Part shown: positions 27,491 through 39,348 of the stretch, piece after piece
Layout of the letters: every line of letters begins with the position of its first letter
How positions within the stretch are numbered: the stretch's first letter is position 1
Source of the DNA: Octopus vulgaris
Taxonomy: Eukaryota
DNA length: 64,000 nt
Reading direction: 5' to 3'
NCBI GenBank assembly: GCA_951406725.2
Contig: OX597819.1
Coordinates: forward strand, 16,678,001 to 16,742,000
The notes under the pieces: generated by a model
What the model was told of the DNA's origin: nothing
The model's database searches: none
Seen by the model: only the letters and a program-made list of their open reading frames with translations
Position numbers and translations under genes: made by a program

Positions 27491-28680
27491 TACTGTGCAT
27501 ATCTATATATGTATATAGTCATCAGGTGCAGCTGTGTGGTTAAGAACCTTGCTTGCCAGTCACATGATTTGTGCATGGAGGTATTGCATGGTACCTTGGG
27601 CAGGCCTTGTGAGTGGATTTGGATGACAGATACTGAAAGAAGCCCATTGTGTGTGAGAGTGTGTGTGTGCGTGCGCGCACATGTCCTTATCTTGACATCA
27701 AATAATAGTTAATGAGTGTTACCATCATACAAGCAGTCATTCATTTCCAATTTCTGCGAAAACATGTTTGGGCATGAGGAAGAGGGTTGGCAACTAGAAA
27801 TGCATCTGGCAGTAGAAAATCTGTCTCAGCAAATCCTATTTGACCAAAGTGAGCATGGAAAAGTTGGTGTTTAAAGTGACGATGATTATTATATATGTAT
27901 TTCTCACACACATAAATGTGTATGTGAGTGAGCATATTTTACAATTCTTCACTTTGATCATATCCATATTTGTTTACACACCTGAATGTTGAGATATTCC
28001 TCATTTTCTTCCTAAGAATTACATATATAGCATCTATAGAGATGCTATATAAATAATTCTTTACTTCAGCCAAATCTAAGAAATGTGTTGAGAATGATAC
28101 ATAGCTTCTGTAAAATTGTTTCATTGGGTCTCTGTACAGATTTTTTTTTTTGTATTTTTTCTCAGCCTTACTTTTACAGTAAAGCACTCTGAAACTGCGA
28201 GAGATCATCAAGATGAAGAAAAGGGTTATGATGGTGATGATCTAAAGGATGGTTGTGGTGGAGGAGATGATAGTGATGATCATTTCAAAGATGAAAATGA
28301 TGATGATGCTGAATGTGATACTGAAAGTGGTTATGGTAGTATTGGCAATGATGTTGAATATGATGCAGTAATTAGTGATGATGAAGGGGGTATTATAAAG
28401 GAGTGAGGTATGTACTTGTAAAGACAAGTAAGGTGTTAGGAGACCAGAGAAATTGATAGAACATGTTTGGGTTATTAAGTGTGAAAAACTGACTTAAATT
28501 AGTTTGGAATAGAAATTATATATATATACATGTAAATGTAATATATATATATATAAATAAATATAAATAAATATTCGAGGCACTGGGCCACTTGGTGTTG
28601 AATGGACATACTATTAAATTAGTATCTAATTCTCTCACCCTTATTAATTAATTATATATATAAATATATATATAGTCGGT

Positions 28681-28752
28681 AGCCATGATAAAACTCTGAG
28701 TTTCGGATGCCGAGGTGGAAATCCACGCCACCATCTCTTCAGTTATTTGGCC
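28681..28752 (-). ncRNA. Type I minimal hammerhead ribozyme (Penelope-associated)
   Basis: Minus strand: GGCCA-A-ATAA (stem I), CTGAAGA, stem II GATG..GTGGA-TT-TCCAC..CATC, C-GAAA, stem III ACTC-A-GAGT, cleavage triplet GUU, then TTAT-CA-TGGCT (stem I partner). Confidence 0.7.
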
Positions 28753-29426
28753 ATTGGAAAAATGCTATCAAAAATGACTGTTATACAAAGGGAAATTACT
28801 GTGATTGACCGTTATTAAGACAAAAGAGCTATTCGAATGACCGCTAAGTAATGGAATAAAGTAAGTTCATGCCTACACATGCGCGCCCGCACACCCACGT
28901 GCGTGCACCTAAAGCTATACATTTATCCACCCTCACTCCAATCCTTCGCCAAATGTATATGCATATAGAACCCCCCACACACACACACACGCGCACACCA
29001 TAAAGGTTCATACACACGTCTACATATGCACAAGCACAAAAAAAAACGGTTATGGGTAACAATACAGAAAAAAGGCATAAGGGAGTACACAAAGAGTAAA
29101 CTACGTCTATATACGCACATACCCATATGCACACACACACACATACACGCACAAAAAGGATTATACATACGTCTAACACAAGAAAAAACAGGGCTAAGGG
29201 CAAAAATACAGGAAAATGTGTAAAAACACTGAGTAAAATGCATCTATATATGCATGTACTCGCATGCACGCACACTCACACACATCAATATACACACATA
29301 CCCGCACACATTCACATGTGCGCACAAAAGAATCCATATACACGTCTGTATACGCACAGGGAAAAATGCAGGGTGGAAAGTAGAATACAGAAAAAATTAT
29401 GTGTAAAAAATATATAAGCAATAAAC

Positions 29427-29915
29427 CTATAAACCAAAATCTCTATAAATATGTAAGAAATATAAGTAAAAGGTATAAAGAGATAAAAAGCTTGTGCGTG
29501 GACACAATATAGAAAGCAAGTTCTGTCTGTAGTCTTGGGGGGGGGGGGGGCACCAAAAACGTAACAAATATTTGGCCATATGTGGGCATGATCCGAAAAG
29601 TTCAGTCCTTGAATTCAGACATGTAGCAGGGTCTAAGCCTCTTTTCCAGATGAGCCATCTTTCCTTATCACATAGACCGCACTTTCCACTGCCATTGGTG
29701 TAGGGCTTACACTTGGCTAAAATCTTCCAATGGATGTTGTAACTGACACCTTTATCTTTTAATGACCATATATGACTGGATAATTTGGTCGTTTTCCTTT
29801 TATCCCAGTGCCTAAAGCTCAAGGTGTGATTATTGAACCTGGCCTTGAAATTACCCTCAGTAAGGCCTATGTATTTCTTTGTCGAAACCGTGTCTTTAGT
29901 GGGTATAGAGTCCAC
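29427..29915 (-). pseudogene. 5'-truncated Penelope-like element, GIY-YIG endonuclease C-terminal region
   Basis: YIGLTEGNFKARFNNH...LSSHIW.LK...W.IL....PY....KCGLC..E..LI...LNSRTEL...CPH, the GIY-YIG plus Cys/His pattern of PLE endonucleases. Confidence 0.85.
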
Positions 29916-30666
29916 GATGGTTTACCGTTTTTATCAATATATATATAAATATATATATATGAATGATAAAAAAGTGATGGTGGTTATGTGACAATAGTAA
30001 ATATATACCTGTATTCTTTTACTGGTATCAGACTGCTCTGCAGCTGTTTTGAGACATTGCTTTTAAAAGATTTAGTTGATTGTGTTAACTGGTATTTATT
30101 TCAGCCTGATGCTTATTTTATTAGCACCTATTTGAACCACTAAGTTATAGGACATAAAAAACATTTTGTAAACAATATAAAACACTGACATACACACACA
30201 CACACACACACACTTTGGTCCAGTTCTGATAACCAAAACTTCTACTCAAGGTATTGGACAACTTGAGGTAGAAGCTTTCCAGATGCTATGCAATTGGTTT
30301 GAAACTGGCACTGCATGGTTGTGAATGAAACTTAACTAAACATGCAACCTTGCTTTTATGTGTGTGTGTGTGTGATCATTTTTAGTTTCATTTTCTGTGG
30401 TGGCATGAGTTGGACAGGTTATCAGTTTGAGTGAGTTCTTGCTTGAGGTTTGTGCCCTCCTAGGTTCGGGCAAGAGAGCATACCATTTCATCCATTTTCA
30501 TTTGGCATGATTTCCACAGTTGGCTGTCCTTCCTTCCACTCACCACTTTACAGAGTTTACTGGTTACATATTTCATGACACCAGCACTAAAGAGGTTGTC
30601 TTGATTTCAAGTAGATTAAAAAGCCATACAGACACATATTCATGCATATGTGTGTGTATTTTGTAC

Positions 30667-30701
<35 letters not shown>

Positions 30702-33310
30702 TACATACTTGTTTGTAAATGTGTGTGTATGTGTACACACACGCAAATTTACAAGCACATATGCACAAGTGTGTATTTTATATATATATATATATATATA
30801 TTTATTTTTTTTTTTTCATAAAATTTTTTAAATATATATATATATGTGAATACAAATATATTCTGGCTAGCACTATGTAGATGGTGTAGAAACACCTAAT
30901 GAAAATTAATAGCTTTAAAGTTAACATTCATATAACACCTAACATGTTTAGATGAAGTTTTAAAACCTCATCTCAGTTCACAATGATGATTATCAGATTT
31001 CACTTGGTGCTGCATAAAGTTGGATAAATAAGAAATATCTAGATTTCACAATCTGCACAAATGAACAGTTAATAAATAGTTGCCTTCTCTATCAGTGTTT
31101 CCAACTAAGATTTCCCCAGAACCGTTGGGCTTTATCAACAGTCACAAGAGCTTCTGGGAGAAATAGTGATAGTTATATGTAAATATATTTTAAAGTCATT
31201 TTTGTGTTTAATTTTATATAGTTTAGGAAGGGCATCCAACCGTAGAAACACTGCCAGATTTGACTGGGCCTGATGAAGCCTTCTGGCTTCACAGACCCCA
31301 GTAGAACCGTCCAACCCATGCTAGCATGGAAAACGGACGCTAAACGACAATGATGATGATGATGTTATATTCAAAGTGCAAGCATCTGTTAGTAGTAAGG
31401 GGACAATAGCTGAAAAATAACCTTTTAATCGGTAATTGTGGAGGAATTAGCTCAAAACAAGATCTTGGTTCAGACATCAAACATCAGAAAGAACATCTAA
31501 GAAAGATGTTCTTTGTGATGTTTGATAGAATTATCACTGTCAAACCATTCAAAGCCAGTTTTATGATTTGTTCAATCAATCATGAAATTTAACTTTGACA
31601 GAAGAATATTTACACCAATATATAATAATTTTTATGTAAGAGTTCCTTGAGACATAAAATGAATTTGAAATATTGCCCCAAGTGTGATAAGGTTGTGAAT
31701 GCTGTTATGTATACTCTGTGCTCCGAGGTCAAGTCCTGCAAAGATCAACTTTGCTTTCCATCTTTTGGGAGTTGATAAAACAAGTATCACTCCTGAGCAG
31801 TAAATTACCGGGATTGTCAGACAGAGTATCTATTCCAGCCCTGTATATTCTGAGTTAAAATGCTGTCCTGTCACCAAAAAACAGCAACATTTTTGCCAGG
31901 TGTTATGACAACCAGATAGTATCAGCTATTTAAAAACTAACTAAACAAAACAGTGAAACTGAGAGAACTGTGTTTCCATTATAAAGATTGACTGCCACTC
32001 GCTTCCCCAGTTCTCTCTTGCTTTTAGATTTTAAACGCTCAGAATTTTTCCTATACTGAAAGTATTTTTTCAATCCATTAATATTACTTATATATGAAGG
32101 GATTGGCAGAATCATTAGAAAGTCAGACAAAATATCCTTTACAGTATTTACTCTGGCTCTTTACAGTGTGAGATCAAATCCAATTAACAGCAACTTTACC
32201 TTCCATTCTTTCCATCATCGTTTAATGTCCGTTTTCCATCCTGGCATGAGCTGGACGGTTTGACTGAGGTCTGGAGAGCCAGCAGCTGCACCAGGCTCCA
32301 ATTTGATCTGGCAATATTTCTACAGCTGGATGCCCTTCCTAATGCCAACCACTCCGAGAGTGTAGTGGGTGCTTTTTATGTGCCACTGGCACAGGAGACA
32401 GTCAAGCGAGCCTGACATCGATCATGTTCAGATGGTGCTTTTTACATGTCACTGGCACGAGCGAATCAGGGGTCACTGGCATCAGCCACGATCGGCTGGC
32501 CAGAGTTATGATATTGGTTTTACTTGACTCAACAGGTCTTCTCAAGCATATATTGCCTGATGCATCAGGGGTACTCTTAACAGAGCTGGACATCTGTTGC
32601 TGCGTGAGTGGAATAGAGTATCAGTGACCAGGTTTTAAGTGACTGATGAAAGACTTTCATATTTTATAGAATTATTATCATAAAATAAAGCAAAAATGTA
32701 TATTTTATATGGTTATCTTGTTTGTACATGTTAACAATGTTCAATTTGTAATATTGTTTAGTCTCAGATTAACACTGAGCCAGCTGACTTTTGTTTAAAA
32801 AAATATGCATAGTATTCCAGTTGTTATCCCATCTTTTTGTATATCATAGACTACATTGTCCAATAAATGCTTCTTTATATATGTGGTAGCATGATATGGA
32901 AGATATGGCTGCTGTTTCTTGTAGGTTGCCTGAATGCATAGTCATTACTCGATTGGTCCATTCAGTATCGGGTTGTAAGAAAATGTTCACTTTAGTGTGT
33001 GTGTGTGTGTGTCCTCATTCAGATGTAGGCATATAAAATGGTTAAGAAATTCACTTCTCTACCTCATGGTTCCAGATTTACACACACACACACATTTCTG
33101 ATATACAAATTGTCATCATTATTTAATATCTGTTTTCCATGCTGGTGTGGGTAGGATGGTTTGATAAGCTCTTGAGATATTGCCTGAAACATATCACGTT
33201 GTGTGGTCATGGCTGGAATACCTCTGATCATAGCTCAAATGATTAGTGTTGACTTTGGGCTCAACAGCGACATCACATTTGAATACTGAAGGAAGTACCT
33301 TAAGTATTAA

Positions 33311-33525
33311 GCCTTTAGCATTCTGATTACCAAATATAATGTTTATTTATTTGACTTGTTTTAAATTAATCATGCATTATCATACAGCTATAAAATTTCA
33401 ATGACATGATTGTTTACTTTTAGAATGACATAGTAGCATAGGTGTGAGAGGCCCAATCTGGTTAGTTTGACCATAAACCAGGTAGAATATTTGGGTCTGA
33501 TAAGGCTGGTTAGAATACTAAAGGG
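33311..33525. mobile_element. piggyBac-like MITE
   Basis: TTAA on both sides; TIR (g)CCTTTAGCATTCT / AGAATACTAAAGGG. Confidence 0.65.
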
Positions 33526-36500
33526 TTAAAGATGAAGATATCATGGAACACTTTTGATTACAGGCCTGCTCTCATTAGACTGACCCAAGGCTAAATCTCA
33601 ACAACAATCATTATCACTACTATGTATGAATCTATTATAAAATAGTGATCTTGTTTTTATTGAAAGGATAAGAAAGGGTCATTGTTACAGTTCAACTCAA
33701 GTGGCAGGTCAGATATATGATTCCAGGTAATTAACTTTGAAACACTAGTAATTTGTACACACCTGACACAGCTCACTCACTCTCTTCTTTGTTTGTTTCC
33801 TCTTTCTCATTCATTGCAACAGTCCTTATCCCTTAAACAGTATACAACTACACACCCCAATACACACACAGCCACAACTCACATATACACACACACACAC
33901 ACAATACTATATACTTACTATCCACTGCACACTATATGCATACAAACACCAGCCACTATACATAGCATATATACTCACCAACCACTACACACTTAGGCCT
34001 CAACTGTACAACATCTCCACTCTGTGATTGGTGGGTTTCCTTATAGAGGTCAACAAAATAGTAATTTCCCCTTTGTGTAGCAGAGACAGACACTATAACC
34101 TTTTCAATCTAAACAACCTCACACAATTGGGTTGTTAACAGACTAAAATGTCACTTGTAACAATAATGATAATAACAATAACAATAAAACAATGACAACA
34201 ACAACAAATAGAAATAACAAAAACTCCAATTCAAAAGACAATGGCAAACAAACAATTTGTGTGTGTGTGTGTGTGTGTGTAAAAGTCATCTTTGAATAGA
34301 TGAATAAACTGTGTGCATTGAGTACCTTAGCACCACCACCCCTGCCTCTCATTGCTGCACAAGTTTACAAGAGAAACTTACACTCACACACACCTGCATC
34401 AAACTCTATGCATATGGTGGGGGAGAGTTATAGTTATACAAGGAAAATATTTCTCTATTTTAAGGAAATATATTAGCAACATCATCAACATTATCATTTA
34501 GGCTGGTAGGTGGCAAGCAGAATCAGTAGCCCATCAGATGGACAAATTGATGCTCAGTATTTTCTTACAACCATTTTCATTGTAATTTTAATTCCTATGG
34601 GGATGGGTAGAGAGTACTCATTATATTGCAATTGATGAACAATAGTGTCCTTGGTTACAAGTTCCCAACAAATCAATCACCTGTTCACTCTACAAGGAAT
34701 TGTTCAGATTATTTTGGTTTCTTGTCAGTATGCATCACCAAAAAGACTCACACACACTTACCCATTACAATTTTATAACTGCTGACATGGGTTGAACAGG
34801 TTATCATGTTTCAAGGCAATTCCAAAGTTAGTGCTTTCCTGGGTCTTGTTTTTCTATTGCTGGATTCTTTTCCCATTATCAGTTAGTGTACTGAGTGCTT
34901 TTTTGATGGTACTAGCTCTCAAGAGACTGTCATGTCTACAAGACAAGCTGAGACTTAGGATCCCCTCTCAATTCCATTCTGTTTCTGTTTATTTGCCAAT
35001 CAGTTTACTAAGTGTACTAGATATACTTTATCATAGCACCAGCACTCTGAAGTTGCCTTGTGTCCTGCAAGACAGAAGGGGCTCCATTTGTTCAGAAGCA
35101 GAAGAGAGGGCAAGTACAAAAAATGAATTTGGGTGAGATGGAGAAATAAAAGAAACTTGATAAAGAAAATAATCATTGGGGTATTGGCGTGGGAGAAGAG
35201 GTGTAGAAATTAGCAAAATAGTGCTTGTGGAATAAGATGAGGCAGCAAAGTAGAGTGCTATGGAAGGGGATTGAACCAGAATCACATGATTGCACAGCAG
35301 CTTCTTAAGCTGACAGTCACAACTTTGCCTTTTATCTCTATAGGGATCAGTGCAATAATTACCAATTAAGTTGTCATTTTTAACTGAATGTTCCTTCCCT
35401 CAAAATTTCTGGCCTTGTAGCTATATCTGTAGTTAGAATGTTGACAAAATGTCTTGAGCTTTTTATGTTCTGAGTTCAAATTTTTTTTAAGTCACCTTTT
35501 TCTTTTATTCTTCTGGGTCTCAAAGTATTAGTTAAGAAATTATGTCATTATAATCAATTATTACTTTCCCTAAATTTCTGGTTTTGTACTTTTTCTAAAA
35601 ACAATTTATTTTATTATTAAAGTTGGTTGGTTAATGAGTAGACTTAGAGCACCTGACAAAATGTCATCATCATCATCATCATCATCGTTTAACGTCCGCT
35701 TTCCATGCTAGCATGGGTTATTTAATTGGTTATTAATTGTGGTTATTTAATTACATCTGCTTTTGCTGGTTCAAAGTTATTGGACTGTAGCCATGTGAGG
35801 TCATTACCTTCAGTTGTTTTACATTTACCCAGGTATTTTGTCTTATATTGTTTCATCATACTTGTAAGGTATGAAACAAAAGTAGACATTGATATAAGGA
35901 TAACTCAGACATTGACACTGCTCACACACATGCATTTATATTAACATGTAATGATATCTGATGACCTCAAACAGAAAAACATGGCAATATCAGTGTCTGA
36001 GGTACCTATCCTCGTGTGTGTGTGGTTTTACTAAATTCCACTTACAAAGCATTAGTCAGTATGAGGCTATGGGGCATATATTCTGGAAGTGCCAATTGAC
36101 TACTTGCGTGTCCACCAAAGATAGTAAGTTTTGCCTTTTAATAATTGTGTTCTGGCAATATCATGCATGATATAATCTGTTGATTATTTTTTAGATCCAA
36201 AAATATTCACTCAGAGCCACATGGAAATTGTATTATGTAATATTGTCAGAATTATATAATACATATGTAATACTGTCAACTGAAAAACTTCCATCAACTG
36301 AGATTATTCAAGCAATTAGTAAATAAAAACTTCATCAAAGTGTGTCTAAAACCTAAAAACAAGCAAGGCAGATGACTCCAATAAGAGCGATTGATTGAAA
36401 TTTTGGATTATATATATCAAGTAGATTGGAATGGATTTAGCTGGGTTTTTTTAAATAAATATAGTACAGTATGATTTGAAAAGAATTTTTGGTTGCTACA

Positions 36501-37191
36501 TATAACAGATTGAATACCTGGAGTATAGTGTATTAGTCTGGTGGTGTTGGAGTGTTTTGCAATGAATGTACATGTCTTAGAATCTATTTAGTGGCTGTTA
36601 TTGACTAAGGCCAGTCTTAACAAATCTGTCATTTATTCAGACAATCTATCTCAAACTACATTATCTGATATGTTGTTCCTACTTTAGAGATGGTGGAGTG
36701 TGGGCTATTTACTGCTGTTTCTAGCAAGTGGATTGAAACGTAGAAGCTCCCACAAATAGCTCCAGGTAAATAGTGGTAGGTGTGGGGAGAGAGAGAGAGA
36801 ATTAGGCGTAGTTGTATAAGTTGAAAGCTCATTTGCATCAGTAAACATGTACTAGAACTATTTGAAACTATAGTTTACAGCCATGCCACAGCAGACTCTA
36901 GACTAAACATACACAGACAGTACCCCCACAGGCATATGTGTGTGTTACATCCATTTGCACAAAGTCCAATAATGCAAACAGCCAATTGAAATTTGGAGAG
37001 TATACACACACACGCAGTATTAAAAATTCGGGGTTTGCATATACAGGTTATCTATTGTGTGTGTGTGTTGAGCAGGTTAATAGGATTAATATTTTAAATC
37101 CATATAGTGACTGGAGATGTGTGTGTGTGTGTGAAAATATATATCTGTGTGTGTGTATATAAATATATATCTGCATGTATATATGTATATA

Positions 37192-38480
37192 CGAGGGGCG
37201 TTCAATTAGTAGTGCCTCTGACCCACTTGCAGTTATTTGATCTAGCTGAAATTTTGCATGTGCAATTATCTATATCTCTATAGATTAAGTGGTAAATTAC
37301 AGCTCTGAACTAATTGTGGTTTCTGATTTACAGGTGTTTGAACTGAGTCAAGTGTGAAATGGAGCCTGTTGAGTATTGGGCAGTGATCCGCTTTTTATAT
37401 TTGAAAAGATGCACACCACGGGAGACTTTTGATGAAATGAAAGTAACTTATGGTGATGATGCCCCATCATATGACCTTGTAAAACGCTGGCATTGTGAAT
37501 TCAAACATGGTCGGAACTCTGTGGAAACAGCTCCCAGATTTGGTCGCCCCCTACTGCTATTGATGAGGCATCTGTCCAAGTTGAGGCTGCCATTTTGGAA
37601 GATCGATGCATAACTATTCGGCAAATAGCCCATGAGGTCAAGATTAGTACCGGGTCTGTGGAAACCAATCATTCATGACCATTTGCATATGCAAAAGGTG
37701 TCTGCCAGATGGATTCCCAGGTTGCTCACACCTTTCCGGAAGCAAGAATGCGTCGAGTGCTCGAGGATGAATTTGGAGATGTGCCAAGAAGATGAGTCAA
37801 CATTTTTCAAAAGACTGATTACACAGGATGAAACCTGGGTCCATCACTATGATCCAGAGACAAAAGCCCAGTCAATGCAGTGGAAGCACCGTGACTCACC
37901 TCCTCCAAAGAAGGCAAGGGTGCAGCCCTCCACTAGCAAGGTCATGCTCATAGTCTTCTGGGACCAGGACGGAGTAGTGATGACAGATTTCCTGGCAAAG
38001 GGTACCACAATTACAGGAGCCTATTATGCTTCACTTTTGATGAAATTAAGAGAAGCTATCAAAATCAAGAGGCGGGACAAGATCAGCAAAGGCATCCTCC
38101 TCCTGCAGGACAACGCTCCAGTCCACAACTCGATGGTCGCCAGATCAGAAGCACAGGTGTGCGGCTATGAACTCCTCCCCCATGCCCCTACTCTCTTGAC
38201 CTTGCACCCTCGGATTTTCCCCTCTTCCCAGCCATGAAGTTGTTTTTGAAAGGAAAGCGTTTCCCAGATGATGCGGCCTTGATTTCTGACGTCACGTCGT
38301 GGTTGGAGGACCAAGCTGGAGTCTTCTACAAAAACGGTCTCCAGAGCTGCATCAAATGATGGTAGAAATGCGTAACTCTGGGTGGTTTCTATGTAGAAAA
38401 AGACTAATAACTGTGCCAAGTTTCGTTGCTCTACTGCTATGGGAAGTGGGTCAGGGGCATTACTTATTGAACGCCCCTCG
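37192..38480 (+). mobile_element. Full-length mariner DNA transposon (Himar1/Hsmar2-like), 1289 bp
   Basis: About 37-bp TIRs (CGAGGGGCGTTCAAT(T/A)AGTA(G/A)TGCC(T/C)CTGACCCACTT) flanked by TA on both sides. Confidence 0.95.
37359..38407 (+). pseudogene. Frameshifted mariner D,D34D transposase
   Basis: HTH N-terminus (AVIRFLYL..., VKRW...F..GR), WIPRLL, QDETWVHHYDPE, QDNAPVH and Y-S-x-DLAPSD motifs split across ORFs 37359-37613, 37632-38237 and beyond; premature TGA near 38357. Confidence 0.9.
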
Positions 38481-38680
38481 TATATATTTACATGTATGTA
38501 TATATGTGTATATATATGTGTGTATGTGTATATATATATATATATATATAAATCCTTGTCCCATGCACTCCCATGAGTGTGATATATACTTTCGGGATCT
38601 GTTCCATCAATATGACAACTTTAACATGAAATAATTTCTAAAATACAAAATTTTGTCAAAAACCTTAAGAGTAAATCCTG

Positions 38681-39348
38681 GGATCTTTTCGAAATTCTAG
38701 CTAACTAAAATATTTTAAACTTCGTATACTTGTAGAATGTGTTTATAAAACATCTTTTTCTCTTGGCTTTATTGAGAAAATCCTATAGTTTGTAACACAT
38801 TTGGTCTTTAATTTCTTCAATTTCAACCAATCACTAACATCTATTGAGTTAAAAAGCATTCTGTGCCGTATGAATATGTCCCTCGTTTAAGAAACACATT
38901 GGGTTTACTTACATTTGTGAAGAAAAAAAGATACCCCCCCCCTAAATCTAAAATAGATTGAAATGCAATAGATCGATTCTAGGGTCATAATTATGGGTGA
39001 CAATTTCATGACACCTATAATTATGACCCTAGTATCGATCTATTGCATTTCAATCTATTTTAGATTTAGGGGGTGGGGTTATCTTTTTTCTTCACAAATG
39101 TAAGTAAACCCAATGTGTTTCTTAAACGAAGGACATATTCATATGGCACAGAATGTTTTCACCTCAATGGTTGAAATTGCTGAAATGCAAGAAATTAAAG
39201 ACCAAATATGTTACAAACTATAGAATTTTCTCAATAAAGCCAAGAGAAAAAGATGTTTTATAAACAGATTCTACTAGTATACGAAGTTTAAAATATTTTA
39301 GTTACCTAGAAATTATGTTAAAAACTGCCATTCAAAACGAAAAGATCC
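38681..39348. mobile_element. Palindromic (fold-back) non-autonomous DNA transposon, Merlin-like
   Basis: Termini GGATCTTTTCG / CGAAAAGATCC; 8-bp TSD AAATCCTG (38673-80 and 39349-56); the two halves are reverse complements almost to the centre (~39005). Confidence 0.85.

Larger units (their letters stand above)
28575..29937 (-). mobile_element. Penelope-like retroelement copy (EN fragment, TG-rich 3' region, hammerhead-bearing pLTR-like end) embedded in (TA)n
   Basis: GIY-YIG ORF followed by a hammerhead; (TA)n on both sides. Boundaries approximate. Confidence 0.7.

Noticed and set aside
28116-28406. Asp/Gly-rich 96-aa ORF
   Set aside because: Degenerate (GAT)n microsatellite with no splice or homology support.
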